Below are positions 28,553 through 43,500 of a stretch of DNA of 64,000 nucleotides, piece by piece; the stretch's first letter is position 1, and every line of letters begins with the position of its first letter. The position numbers and the translations under genes are program-made. This stretch comes from Puniceicoccaceae bacterium (GTDB lineage: Bacteria; Verrucomicrobiota; Verrucomicrobiia; Opitutales; Oceanipulchritudinaceae), in NCBI GenBank assembly GCA_040830765.1, contig JBFOMH010000019.1, positions 96,001 to 160,000 on the forward strand, in the 5' to 3' direction. A model generated the notes under the pieces. The model was not told the origin of the DNA and did no database searches. It saw only the letters and a list, made by a program, of their open reading frames with translations.

Positions 28553-28573
28553 CGATGGGCTAAACCAACCCGA

Positions 28574-31500
28574 TCAGTCGAGGGAATTGAAATCGAGCAT
28601 ATCCTCTTCGTCCTCAATCAGGGAAGTTTCCTCAGGAATCACCGGGAACAGATTGGAAAAGCTGCCCAGGCGGGAATCCAGTTCAAACAGGGAACCGGAA
28701 TAGGAAGCCACCGGGACAGGCTCCACCATGACGACCTGGCGACTGGTGGCCTCTTCAGCATGACCGGACTCGCCAGGAAGTGCTTCTGACGTGACTCTGT
28801 ATGACAGTGCATCCACTCGGATAGAATTCGGGGCGTACAATGGCTCAGTTACTGTTGATGAATCCACAGGATTGCTCATCCCGACTGCCAAAGCCTGATC
28901 AATAAGAGGCTTTCCGCTAAAATCCGATTGATGAGTGAGGTCTGTCCCATCGGAATGCAGTTCCTCAATTGATACCGTGCTTGTGCTTGAATTTGGATCA
29001 AAGTCGTTGATCTCAAAGAACCTCGGTGGTTGAGGGCCGACTTCCCTTTGCAGCTCAGTCGACTTTAAGAGGAGAGTGACGACAGTCACTTGCAGATCAT
29101 CCACCTCCCAAGGCCCGTCGTCATTTACTGCTATGACAGAGATCGAATAATTCCCTGTCATCGAATAGGTGTGCGTAGCAGTAACTCTTGCAAGGCCATT
29201 GCTGGGTGAAAATGGTCCGGTTATCGTTTTAAGATTCCCATCACCCCAATCGATTTCCACGGACTCAACAAAATCGTCACCCTCGTCCAAGATATCGAGG
29301 AAAAGAACATATTCATCACTGAGAGAGAGAACATCTGGTCCGGTAACCTGGAGTGCAGGCGCAAAGTCCATAACAGTCACAGCAGGTCCATTGGCCATCC
29401 AAGTCCCGTCATCATCGGTCACAGAAACGGAAATCGAATAGGCATTGGGACCATCGGAATATACGTGTTCCACAACACCATTCCCAGGGAAGTCTTGAGC
29501 GGGATAGGTATCAATAACACCGTCGCCCCAATCTACCTCAATCGAAAGGATTGCATCCTCTCCCGGGTTGTTTACACCGATCTCCAAGGAGTACAGACTG
29601 CCCTCAAATACCTGGCTGATACCTAAGGCAACAATTGTCGGAGGAATATTGTCGACCTGAATAGGTAAGGGACCGGCCAAATGATACTCATGCTCTAAAG
29701 AGTCTTCATCCTTAACGGAAACATTGATTGAGTAACTGTTGAAGCCATCCTTGTAGGTGTGGAAAAAGGCGCCATCGACAGGTAATTCCGAAAAGGAATC
29801 CACAATCCCGTCGCCCCAGTCGATAATCACTTCCAGCACTTCGTCATCTCCCGGGTCCGTCACCTCGACAATCAACCGGAATGGGTCACCTTCAGAAACA
29901 TTCGGGACCCCGGACAAGCCAATAACCGGATCCAGATTGTCGACAAAGACTTTCTGCTGTGCCGTATAATTACCTTGGTCGGCTGTGATTTGTAACTCAA
30001 TTTCATAAACACCGTCATCTGGCGGGATGAAGATGGCCTCCCCGGCGTTGCTGGTCAGGAAATCGCCTGCAAGCGGATTCTCGCTTCCCACCAGCCGGAC
30101 GGACCATGCGTATTGAGGATTCGAGAGCAATGGATGACTGGCGGAAATGTTTATTGTTTCGCCCTCATCAACGGATCCGGAAAGGGGATTCCCCTGGCTA
30201 AATGCATCAATCCAAACAGCTGACTGAAGGTGGAAACCGAGTCTCCAGAGGCTTGCTCCGGATTCATTGGCTCGGTTAGCCAGGAAGTACAATTGGTTGT
30301 TGAATTGAGTTAGTGATATCGGAACTGAGCCAGACACTCCCGGATTGATGTCCGCAACCAACTCTGTTTTGGATCCATCTGTTCGCCACAGCTCATACCC
30401 ATGATCTGCATCTGCGGCGCGGAAATACAGCCAGTTCCTCGCCCCGTCAAAGAACTGTTTCAATTCAAACGGGTAAGAATTAAATGGTCCGGGATTGATA
30501 TCTGTGACCAGCATGAAACTTGATCCATCCGTGCGCCAGAGTTCCGCCCCATTTTCCGGATCGACTGCCCTGAAATATAGCCAGTTCTGTGTTCCGTCAT
30601 CAAAGTTCGTCAAATCAAAGACAAGGCCCGACGGGCCAAGATCCAAATCAGTGGCTAAAACGGGCTGTGAGCCATCAGTCCGCCAAAGTTTTGAGATTGA
30701 ATTGGAGTCCGTTACCCGGAAATACAACCAGTGGTTTTCTCCGTCCGTGAAAGGCGTCAAATTCGAAAGGCTTGCACCCTGAGGACCATCGAAAATTTCC
30801 CCGACTAGCTGCGGGGCTGACCCATCTGTACGCCAGAGCTCCCTGCCGGATTCCGGGGTTTCTGCCACAAAGTAAAGCCATTGAGATGTCTCGTCCGAAA
30901 CGGGAGTTAAGTCAGACAAATATTCATAGACACCAGATACGGGTTCTGTCGTGAATCCGTCAGTGCGCCAGAGCTCAGGTGGGCCGTTATCGATGCCCGC
31001 ACTGAAATAGAGCCAATTCTTCGAACCATCATGGAAGGCGGTAAACTCACCGTATATTGTATGACCACCTCCCTCTGTGACATCCTTGACCAGTTCCGGT
31101 TTCGAGCCATCAGTTCGCCAGAGTTCCGTACCGGTCGAAATCGTGTATCCAGAGAAGTACAGCCAATCCTTCTGGCCGTCATGGAAAAAGGTCAGGTTTA
31201 AAGGAGTCGAACTGAAATTGCCCTCCAAGAGGTCAAAAACCAACTCAGTTGTCTCACCGTCGGTCCTCCAGAGCTCGGCACCATGTGTTCCGTCTTTGGC
31301 CGTAAAATACAGCCAATCCTGGGTCCCATCATTTGAAATAGTGAAACCCATTGGATACGAGCCGCTCCTCGAAGGATCGGACTCAACAACCAATGGATTG
31401 ATTCCGGTAGTACTGCCCTCCGGAGACACGAGTTCGACAACAACCCCATTTGTACGCCATAGCTCCCGTCCGTAGAATACATCGTTCACAATATGATCCG

Positions 31501-34500
31501 CACTAAAGTACAACCAGTCGTTGAACTGGATAAAGTCTCGGGCGTAGGGGAGGTCTGAGACTTCAACAAGCGATAGGAACGCCAACCGGTTGGAATCCGG
31601 TCCGTCCAATGCTCCTGACACGATATAATTTTCCAGACCCAGTAAGGCAACCAGCGGCTTACTGTCATTTGGGATATTGCTGAAAGCAAAGGCTCCCTTA
31701 AAGTTGGTTATGGTGATCTGCTCATTCGCTTCGTATTGACCATTTCGATTGTCATCCAGATAGACCAGCAATCCTTCCCTGCCATCCTCGGTAACTTGCC
31801 TGATTCCATCGCCATTGAGGTCGTTCCAGATCGTGTCATACACGGCACTGACACCGAAACTTACCGCAAAGGTTGAGATATCCGTCCTGCCAGATAACTC
31901 CCTGTCGTAACCAATAACAGTAATACGGGCCGATCCGGTATATCCCGGTAAACTCGAAATCTGGAGTTCATCATTTTCCGTTATCCATGCCAATACTGCG
32001 GGGTTATCAGTGAAAGCCCTGAAAGTTATGGAATCCCCTTCAGGATCGATAGTTGCAACACCAATGGCTGGGAGATCTAAATTCAGGATCTCATCCGGTT
32101 GCGCGAAGATGTGTGGGAAATCGTCAAGCTGGGGCGACTGGAGGTTATCATCAAAATGCACTTCCTCAGCATTTATTGTTTCGACCAGGGTTTGGGCATG
32201 GTCGTCAAGCGGGTTCCCCCTGAGGTCTACAGACTGGAGGTTTTCCAGCCAAGGATCGGCCGGTTTAACACGAACACTATCTGCGGCGAAACTTCCGTTT
32301 CCACTATTGTCCAGAGTGACCGTAAGGATACCCGAATAGATCGCGACCGTATCAAGCAGCTCCCATTTGCGCCCGTTGAAGTCATCACTGCCCGGCTCGA
32401 AACCTTGATTGACAACGTGTTGCCCAAGGGGCTTTTCATCACCATCCAGTGAGACGGACCCAATGGAGTAGCGCGAATCGATACTGCGGCTCTCATGAGA
32501 CGGCCATGTTACGTAAATGGAATATTCCCCGGAAGGTAGTCCTTCAAATGACCAGGTTGCCATATGCTCACCCGTCAGTTCCGCATCCGGAACTAAGCGG
32601 TAGCTGCCGCCATAAGCTCCCGGATGGTCCCCGCCCGACCAGCCATCACCCGTTTCGCTGTATTCCGTGTCCCCATTGTCGGCGATGAATTGTCCGATCA
32701 AAACATCCACCTCGCTGACACGATTGTCCTGTAAATTTAGAACTTCCAGCTTGTCCAATCCAGCCAATGCAGAAATGTCGATGATTCCGTTTCCACGAGC
32801 ACTCAGGGTGACCAGTTGCTCGAGCTCGCCTATTGATGATAGACCAGCTTCAAGGAGACTAATCTGGTGAAGCTCCCCTAGATCCGGCACATACAGGCGC
32901 CCAGTGGAGGAGATATCAAAATACCAATTTGCATACGTCTCCTGCGCACTTGTGGAGGTGACATGAACAACTGGACCTTGGTCCGCAACCAAACCGTCTT
33001 CAGAATCGACTGTCCCCTGACGGAACACAACCCCACCACTGTCCAGGACATTCAGGAAGTACATTGAACCGTCCGGCCCAAAGTTCAGGTCATAAATAAA
33101 GTTCGCCGTTTCAGAAAATACCTCAGCGCTGGCGTTGTTCGCCAATGACTTGCCAGGTCCGGGGAACCGTATCACGCGGAGATCATTTCCTTGGGCTGCA
33201 TACAAATTGCCGTCGGGACCGAACACCAATCCAGTAAATCCGGATGCTCCCCCGCTCAACAGTGTCCCGTCAATGCTCAATTGGTTGAGAATAGTTCCGG
33301 AGAATGGAGAAATGACAAAAACCCGGGGATTCGAACCGTCGGAGGCATAGATCGAACCATCCGGTCCGACTGCTAGATCCCTGAGGAACACACCCTCAAC
33401 AGAACTGAATACCGATCCATTCGGGTCTTCATTTGGCCCGGGAAGCGGCTCACTCGTTATTCCATCGAACCTGTAGATTTTGTTTAAGTGCGTTTCCCCA
33501 TCAAACGATGTGCTGATGAAGTAAACCTTTCCATCCGCTCCAAAAACGGGTGGCGTACCAATAAAGTAATCCCCAATTGGCAATTCCGCGAAGTTGTTAA
33601 AGACCCCTGTTCCTTCGTCATAGACCAGAATCTGGGCGTTTCCAGTCGGTAACCTGTGAAGCACGAAAAGTCTGCCATCCGGGCTAATCGCAGAGCTGAT
33701 AACTTCATTCAACAAACCATCATCAAATACCTTCTTAGCAAACACGCCATTGTCATCCAGGCTCAGCCATTCGAGTGCCCGTAGATTCCTCAACACGTCG
33801 ATATTGGTCAGGAGGTTCGAGTCGACACTAAGCATTTTCAGCTCTGACAATTCCTCCAGTGCATCAATCGTTCGGATTTGATTGAAGTCCAAGACAAGGG
33901 TGTTCAACGAACGAGTATATTCCAATCCCGAGAGATTCCTTATATAGCGCTCCTGGGTTAGCTTGAAACCGCTGGCGACAAGATGTTTGAAACCGATCAG
34001 ATCGCTCACATGTATCGGTGACCGGAACACTGGCAACCCGTCCCAACCTTCCGTCACCGGAAGTCCCAGTTCGGTCGCTATGGCTGCCCGCAGATTGCGG
34101 TCCGGAATATCCACCTCAGGATCGCGTTCCCGGATCGCACTGTCGATGATGGACTCTCCAGCAAGCGGTTGAACCGTCAGTTCCTCACCATTGATGGCAT
34201 CGTTCGCCCGATCCCGGATTTCAACCGGTTCACCAACAAAAACATCCAGTCCGCTTTCCCCGAACAAACGGTCCCGATTCTCATTTCCGTCCAGTATATC
34301 CTCACCTTCCCCGCCATAGATGACATCATTGTCAAACCGAGTCGGGGGCACTTCTCCCCGCTTGGGAGCTTCGATGGAAAAGGTGATCTCTACCTCGTCG
34401 GCGGGCGGCAAGTAATCCTCTGCAAATCCCTCGCGGAGGACGAGTTCGGTCATGGAACCATTGGTTCTCCATAGCTCTAATCCGTTGATTCCATCATTGG

Positions 34501-37500
34501 CCTTGAAATATGTCCACCCGTTTAGCGGGGTAAACTCAAAGTCATACCCATCCCATGCCACACTGCCGCTGCCAAAGGAGATGCCCCCAAAGGAGCCAAG
34601 GGGAGAGACAAGCTCGGTAATATCTCCATCCGTACGCCAAATTTCTTCACCGAACCGGGGGATATCAAAACCTGCATCGACATCATACAGGTCGCTGTCC
34701 GCTCCAAAGTAGAGCCACCCGTTAGACTCAGTGAATCCCCAGGGAGTATTCAGTTGCCAGGGAATGTTGGTCTCTGGATTGAGAGCAAAAACCCGCTCTA
34801 TTCCATCAGCTGTCGTCCGGTGGATATGGTTATCAAGATCCTGGCCCCGGAAATACAGTTGGTTATTGAACAAGGCAAAATCGTCGGGATTGTAAATGTA
34901 GGCTCCTTGTATCTGGACAGCTTCGAGAGTGATGTTCTCCGGATCAGATATTTGACCAACAGTGTGCCACAAAACATAGTCACCCTCATTGTCATCGTAT
35001 ACCCGCATGTAAATACGATCCGCGTTCCCATCATTGAAAATAAAGTATTCATCGATATCAATTAACTCGAGGGGCTTGGTGGTAGACAAGGGGCGCGTTT
35101 CGATACCGTCTGTGCGCCACAGGGGAAGACTCCCGTTCCCGTCTTCAGCCAAAAAGTAAAGGACGCCATCAAACTCCATGAATTTCGTTGGGAAAGAGCC
35201 TCCTGCAGGATTAATATCAAGAAAGGGATCAACGGGAGCAGTAAGTCCATCCGTACGCCAGAGTTCCCTGCCGGATTCGCCATCGTCAGCAGTGAAATAA
35301 AGGAATCCATTATACGGGTGAAGATTTAGTGGACCGCTGAGCAAGCCAAAGCCAATGTTAATGTCAGTGAATGGCTGTGTTGGCACAGAACTGCCATCGA
35401 TCCGCCAAAGTTGAGGTCCGTTCATGCCGTCGTCGGCGGTGAAGAACAAGAATCCATTGAATTCGGTGAACCGTCGAGGTGTTGAACTATCAAGCCCCTG
35501 GTTGATGTCGGCATACAATTCAGTGATTTCTCCATTGGTTCTCCACAGCTCGTTCCCGCTACTGTAACTGCTCGCTGAGAAATACAGCCAGCCATCGAAC
35601 AGTACGAATCCCGACGGGTTCGAGTCGGCGACACCCGGATTAATGTCACGGACTAATTCTGTTACCGACCCATTTGTACGCCAAAGCTCGCGACCATTTC
35701 TGCCATCCTCCGCCGAGAAATAGAGCCATCCATTGAACTCAAAAAGGTCCAGTGGTTCTGATGGAGCGGGACCAGGGTTTATCCCGCCGCTGATGATTTC
35801 AGGTTCTGCACGAAAAACCCGCAGGAAATAGTGTCCGGCTTCCAGCCCTGCCAGGCTTATCTCTGCCTGGGAGGCGGCAATCAAGTCCCCGGTATCCGAA
35901 TAGAGATCGGCCAGAAGTCCCGGCCGGGACGAAATATCTGCCGACAATCCAGTTTTCGAAAAAGCACTAATCCCCCTGGCCTCATGATACGGTAGTGCTA
36001 TGATGTCGCCAGACCCTCCCCCGAATTCGATTTCGAATACTATCCGTGTCCTTCCACCTTCTATGAAGGAACGGATGTGTTCAGTTGGCACTTCAAACAA
36101 CGTCGGCCCGCCGCGAATCGTATAATCTCCAAGATGCGTGCGGGATGATTGCACATCGAGAGAGGCTGTACCATCGCCTTCAACTGCAAGAGCGTAGAGC
36201 TCAATCTGACTTGTAGCCACCCCTGCCACGATGAATTGAAACGATTGCGCGAATTCAATCACCAGATTAATTGTACCTATTCTACTCTCCTCGCCGTCTG
36301 AGAAATACGGCAGTAGCGGTGACAGATCAAATTCGAAACGAGTCGCACCGCGGCCTGCCTCATTTGAAATTCCATTGAAGGATATGCTGTTCGCGGGGTC
36401 GTGGGCCGGACTAATCGAAATTCTGTCTTGAGCGCCTCCGTCTCCTAAAGTCGTGAATTGGTACCAACCCTCTGATTGATTCTCTGTCAGAATCCCCTTG
36501 GGCAAGGGCCTGCTATCTTCTATCAGGAATTCGCCACTCCCGGAGACGGAAAGATTGGATAGCGTATCCGCTGGAGGCGTACTTTCAAATCCCTTCAAGC
36601 GCTCTCCAGGAAGCAAATAGATGGCCCCGGCGTTTATTACCTCGCTTGAATCATATCCAGCCGCCCCAATTAGCAGATCATCGATTCCATCGCCGTCAAC
36701 ATCACCAACCGGTGCAAGCGGCATCGTGCCAAATAGCGGAGCATAAGATGTGCCCCTCAGGATGGGTTCTTGTAATGATAGGGTGTGGATCCCCTGAGAG
36801 GTTGTCTCATCAAGATGGAAAATGTAAACACTGCCATTCGAGTCACTTACAGATTGGTCCGGGCCAACATATATTCTATTCCGAGGCTCTCCAATGGCCA
36901 AGTCGATGTATCCATCGGCATTGAAGTCGCCTGCAGATACGCTAAGAGCGCCCTTTGGCAAGCCTCCCTGTTCCCAGCCGATCCGGATACCTTGAACAGG
37001 ATAACTGCTTAAGAACGGATCCCCAGGGTATTGGGGATCAGCCCTCAAATCCTGCGCCCCATAGATGATAAACGCACCGCCGATGAAGCCGTCTTCGTAT
37101 ACGAAGTGGTTCAAGTCATGCTGATGAGCAACCGCGAAATCATCGTAACCGTCCTTGTTTATGTCACCCAATCCGTAGATTCGCGGCTCTATGAAAGGAG
37201 TACTAAACAATTCACTTTGCCAGACCTCAACCCCGGATGTATTGGGATTCAGTTCCAGCAAGTTGCCAGATTCCCCCTCTGCATTGCCGTAAACCAGGTA
37301 GCCACGATTAATTGCGGAATCTATAAAGAAGACATCCTCAAGGCCATCCCCATTAACGTCCCCAACATTACTCGATGACAAGGATGAAGAGCCATATTGG
37401 CGATAGATCGAGTCGCCCGAAATCCTTGCAAGCAGATTTCCCGGGTCGTTAAGGATATATTCTGTGAATTCGAATGTTCCGATTCTCGATACTTCATCTC

Positions 37501-40500
37501 CCGAAAATACGATGGCAGCAGTTTCTGTGATCGAGAAGTCATCAAATCGAACCAGGGGTTGACCATCGGGATCCGGCTCATTGTTCGGACCTGTTCTAAA
37601 GTAATAATCAGCCAAAAGGCTGATTGTTGATGCCTGACTTGTCGCAAGGAATGTTGCCTCAAAGTACCCACTGTGGAAGCCTACAACTTCTAAATTCCCC
37701 GTTACAGCAACTGTCCATGGCTGAAGAGGATTCAAATTTTCCACATAACCCGTTATTGTATAGACCCTACCAGGTATTGTATCAAACTGTTGGTAGAAAC
37801 CACCCCAGTTGTTATTCAGTTGGGTTCTTGCAAGCCCATAACCCTCCGAGTATTCAGCATCCCCCTGCAAAAACCATCCACCTCCGTCTGGAAGGAAACC
37901 ACCATTTTCAAGCCGTTCGACAGCACGTTGATAAGTAAGCAGCAGATCTTCGTCCGAATCACCATTCCAGTTCACAGCTTGGATGCTTACTTCCTCGGGA
38001 GCAGTAACATTCTGAATTTGATAGATCCTATCATCCGGCAAATCCAAAATTGTTAGAGCTGACAGGTCACGGGGCCATGCGGATCCATCACCCCGGATAA
38101 TCGTAATAACGCCAATATCTTTGGAGTATGCATTAAGAAAAATGAGGTCGTCTATTCCGTCACCATCAACATCTCCCATGTGCTCGGAAGGGACGCCGAT
38201 ACTGCCAATATCAACAATAATGTCCGCAGTGTCTGCTATTGCAGGTGAATTTTGCGATTCCAATGGGCCAAAGAGGATATAGGCAAATTGTTCGCTTTGG
38301 TCTCTTGCATTGGGGTCCTCCCTAAACATGAAGTCGTCGTAGGAATCCCCGTTGATATCGCCGATGTTATAAGATATCGTCAAACTTCCACGAGCAGTTC
38401 CACCTTCCGCGAAGGGGAGATTGTCTTCGTTACCGGCCAGAATGTTCAATGGAGTGGCAGGACTAAATTCAATGAATTCAGGATCTCCGTCCCCTCCACC
38501 TGCAAGGTCGGTTCCAAAAACCCCCGAATCGAAGTTAAAGGAAATGCTGTATGTCCCCATCGCCGGTTCTAGCAGCCTGTTAGTCTGCCCGGATGTGAAA
38601 CCAAATTCAGGGTTAACCTGTCCTGCTTCGTCGATGGGCATCACAACCACCTCTTCGAAGGCAGCGACAGCATCATAATAATCGATTTCTGTCTGGAGCA
38701 GTAAAAAAGTAACCTCTCCCTCTGCGACAAATGAACCATAGAATTTCCCAGAACTATGATCCCAATCGATCACGGACTTACCTGTTGAAAAATCCGGATT
38801 TGCAAAGTCGAATTCTGTAGTCTGGGCAACCCGATGAAGCGCAGAAATTGTCCAAACCTCTGCAAATACTGCATAAGTTCGACCAGGAATCGTCTCCAGT
38901 CTCTGGACAATTGTCCCTCGTTCGGGATTTCGCGTACTAAAGGCCCCATCGGAACGTACATATGCAGTCCCGAGATCAATTGAGGATTTCTCATTACCCA
39001 ACCATGGGGATGACGGTTCCTCGGTTATTGGGAGGGAAATGAGCGTGGAGCTCACCGGTTGTTCAGCGGGGCTACCATCAGCAAAAAATGAACCTTCCCG
39101 GACAATATTGCCGGAACCCATGCTTATTCGCAGGCGACTCCCGTCCAAAGGGAATAGACCAATTTTATTTCCATACCGATAGGCAAAAACATCTTTATAA
39201 TCACCAATAGTAATGGAGAAGTCGTCCCTCCAATCCGTATCCTGCAAACTGGCATTAAGAAGATCAATGCGCCCATCAATGGTTGTGGTGCTGAAGTTAA
39301 AAGCATTTGGATCGATGAGGACCGGCCGGCTTTCCTCAACCCTTATATCACCACCCCCTTCAGTCAGGAAAAGCACGAGTCGTTCATTAATCTCACCATC
39401 GATTTGGATTTCAGCCCCAGTCAACCCGAAGGTGGCCACATTTCTTACCCGCACAAGGAAGTATTCAGGGGATGCGACAGTATCCGTGGATAATTGAACA
39501 ATTCCGTCCTGATAGGTGGCAGCATAGACGTCAATGAGCAAATTGGCAATTTCCTCCTGTTCAAAGATTCCCTGTTCAGCAGCTCCTTTAAAGACAACTG
39601 TAATTGCACCCTGAACTCCCGCCTTAGCCGCCTGAAGACTCATTTGCTCAAGGTGAGGGGGTGTCCTTATGAGATACCAGTCAGCTCCATCCCCAGCGTT
39701 AAAGGTAGCATAAATCGGGGAGTCGGCGGTGAAGTCTTCAAGTTTGGCAGCAAATTCAAGTTCATCATTTGAACCGATGACGCCGTTCCGCAGAACCCAT
39801 TCATAGGGGTCTTCCTGTTGACTGTTTCCTGATACCAAATCATCGCCCGGTCCGCCAAACAACTCATCGCTACCCTCACCCCCTGCGATATAGTCATTTC
39901 CATCACCTCCGTCAATGAAGTCGTCTTCCGCCCCACCGAAGAGGAGATCGTTTCCGTCGCCACCGAGGATCGTAAGCGCTGCGATGGTCGCGCCTTGAGG
40001 CCGGGCCTGCGGGGCAATCCCCCATTCGCTGCCATTGAGAATGTAACCCGGGTTGCCGTGGACAACATCATCCCCGGCCCGAGTGTCGATGACCGTGCTT
40101 TCAATATTGACGGCTTGATAAAATGCATAGTGCTGAGCATATTGCTCTCCGCCCCCGAATGCTGGTTCGGTCACGAATCTATGGTTCGCCAAATCCCACA
40201 AGAGGGCGGTCAGTTCGTAACGATGCAGTACCGTGTTATAGCGAATCGCAACATGGTCGGGAACGGGTTGGCCAAAGCGATCATAATCACCACCAAGGAA
40301 AAGAACCTGATCCTCCCCATCACCGCCATCCAGTCGGTCGACCAGCGTTGGAACGAAAGTTCCACCAGTAGGGTTCAACCCGCGACCCGCACTTTCAACC
40401 AAGGGGAGCTGGTCTAGAATGATTTGAAAGATATCATCGCCGCTCCCACCCCATAGGATATCGCTGGCTTGGTTGTCATACCCTCCCGACAACACGTCAT

Positions 40501-43500
40501 TCCCGTCGCCCCCGAAAATCCAGTCTTCGTAGGCACCTCCAATGAGCACATCGTTCCCGTTGCCGCCCAGAAGTACATCTTGCCGGACAACCTGAAGCGA
40601 TGGGGCTAGATCCTGAATCTCAAAGGCTGAAAGGTCCTCAGTATCAATTCCACTTCTCCCGATACTTGTGAGCAGTTCATAGCGTCCGGGGTTACCGCTA
40701 ACGAGCAAGTAATAGCGCCCCGGATCCAGATTCGACAAATTGAGTTCGCTGCCTGTCCCAACTGAGGGTATGGCTTCCTGGAACTCATTGAAGAGGGCCA
40801 AGGTCAATCCGGAATCGTTCAAATCCACCAACTTGACCAATTGGTCGGGCAGACGCTGGGCCTGGATGCCCTGTTCCGGGATATCAAACCAGAACCAATC
40901 CGCATCCTGCTCGGCACTGTCATGAAGATTTAATCCTGCAATTCGCTCTTTGAATTCAATATCTGCAATTTCATGGGCACTGGAGAACTCATTATTGGAT
41001 GCACTCAGGTCCACGGCGTCCGGTGTGGCAATCAGATCGAACAGGATTTCATAGCGTGTGGGTGTCCTGTTCGATGTAACCTGCAGCAGGTACTCCCCTT
41101 CAGGGTTGATAATCGGTGTGCCCTCCTGGTACAGGTCAATGCGTCCATCACTGGTCGATTCCCCTCCGGTGACCGCCGTCCAGTCAGTACCAGTCCATTC
41201 GAATAGTTTGAAGTGGATTTGATCCGTTATTGAAAGGCTGTTGATAACGATAGCATCCCCAGGATTCAGTACAATGCCGTCTGCGATGCTGAACAGGTAA
41301 TTGTCTTTATCATCGGGATTATCAATCGTGAGTCCACTGAAGGCAGTACTCCCTTTAATCCCGTCAGACAGTTCATAGGCAGTCGTCAACTGGATAGTTG
41401 TGCCACCGGTACTAACGGCCACAAATGGTTCGTCGTTTCGAAGTTCAAGGCGCGTTTCATCAGGGAGTTCAAATACTTGTTTCTCAGTCTTATCGATAAG
41501 GATCGGCGTACCTGAATTGATCAGGATCACGTCATCCCCATCGCCTCCGTCAACCCAGACTGTCTTGGTGACCGTTGGCCCGACAACCACTTCATCATTT
41601 CCATCCAATGCATCGATCAGGATGGCCAGAAAATCAGCTTCGGGAGGAAGCAAACTGTTGACCAGGTCCCGGGCCTCCCGACGGTCAGCTTCCGACTTCC
41701 TTGATTCTGAATCGGCGGCAGCCAGGGCTATTCCGCGTGTTTCGGCATCACTACTTTCGATGCCGGAGAATCCAAACAAGGTATCATATTGATCCCAGAT
41801 CCTGTTGCCGTCGGCGTCGGTGGCGAAAAAGCTCAACTGTACTTCAGCATCGAAAGTGAAGTTTCCGTTGTTCTCCGTCAGCCGCGTGATCAAGTGGTGT
41901 TCCCCGATAAGGCCGGGTTCGGTGACATAATCCACCCGAATCACATCAGGGAGATTAGTACCACTGTAGTACCAGACCTGATCCGTGGACTTGGCATAGA
42001 GCTTCCACTCATCGCCCCTTTCATTGAACTGGCTTTCGACATTTTCGAAAGCGACCCCATCACGGGTGTAGAGGGTGTCATCCCCTCCATTGCCGTACAT
42101 AAAGTCCAGACCAGTCCCGCCGTAAAGTTTGTCATTCCCCTTACCGCCCAGCATTCTATTCAATCCCGTGTCTTCAAGCACAGGTTTTCCGGATTGTTCA
42201 TCGATCAGGATTTCTCCCGTTTGCTCATCGACAAGAAAGATTCCAAACGGTTCGGTATGCGGATTCCTGCTCCATGCGTACAGTTCATTGGTACCACTGC
42301 CACCGATCAGGTCGTCATTGCCCGGACCCGCGTAAAGGATATCATGGTCATCGGATGCGGTGGTCTCACCGCCCCATAATCGGTCATTGCCGGCCAGGCC
42401 ATACAAGGTGTCGCTCCCCTCTCCTCCATCAATCCGGTCCCGGCCTGAGGTGCCCGTCAGCGTGTCATCTCCCGACCCGCCGTCGATGACCCCGATGAAA
42501 TCCTTAACATTGGCCCCGCGGTTGGCGAGCTGGCCAATATCAAGAGGATGAAAATCTCCGGGTTCATCAACGAACTCAATGATGTCATCGCCACTGAGCC
42601 CGGCGATCCGGAATTGCTCAACCAAAGGATTACCGCTGCTGTCCTTCCATTCAGCAATTACCTCAAGGGAGAATAACGATGCCTCCCCGGATGCGGAAAT
42701 CCCAGAGTCTGGAGCTGTGCTGGATTCCGCCTTAACGACGGTCAGAATCTGTACTACCAAGCGATTATCATCCTGGGAGACTTGACCGATCCGAATGGTA
42801 TCGTCGTACGCCGTTCCTCTAATTTGCAGGATATCGGTGGCGTTATCATCCGGGACATCGTTCTCGGAGGCGTTTCCAAAGTGTCCATCAAAGGTTCCCC
42901 CTTCACTTGTATAATCGAACTCGGTATCCAGGACCAGTATATCGATCCAGGCCCCGCCGTACAAGTTATCCAGGCCATTCTGTCCCTCCAGCCAATCGGA
43001 ATCCGCACCACCCCAGAGCGTATCATTGCCGCCACCTCCATAGAGTTGGTCCTCTCCTGTACCGCCAAACAGCCTGTCATCCCCACCGGAAATACTGGCA
43101 TCCCTGTTCCGCTCATAAACGGGTCCAGCCAAGTAATCCCCATGGATATAGTCATTACCGCCTCCACCATCGATAACGTCCTGGCGAAGGTTGCCGTAAA
43201 GCCAGTCTCCGTCCGAACCACCGAAGAGTTGTTCCCCTTCCAGAAGTATTTCCCGGGCTGGATCGATACTTGCCGCCCATGCATAAAGATAGTCGATCCC
43301 GCTTCCCCCGAACAACCGCTGTCCCCGGGTAGCTCCGGTAGTCTCGTCACCAGCGTCCCCATACAGGAAGTCAGCCCCAGGGTCACCAATGAGTTGGTCT
43401 ATCCCCGCATCCCCGTGCAGTATGTCACTGTTCAGACCGCCACGAATGATGTCGTCTCCACCTCCGCCTGAAATCTCGTCATTTCCGGCACCGCCATCGA

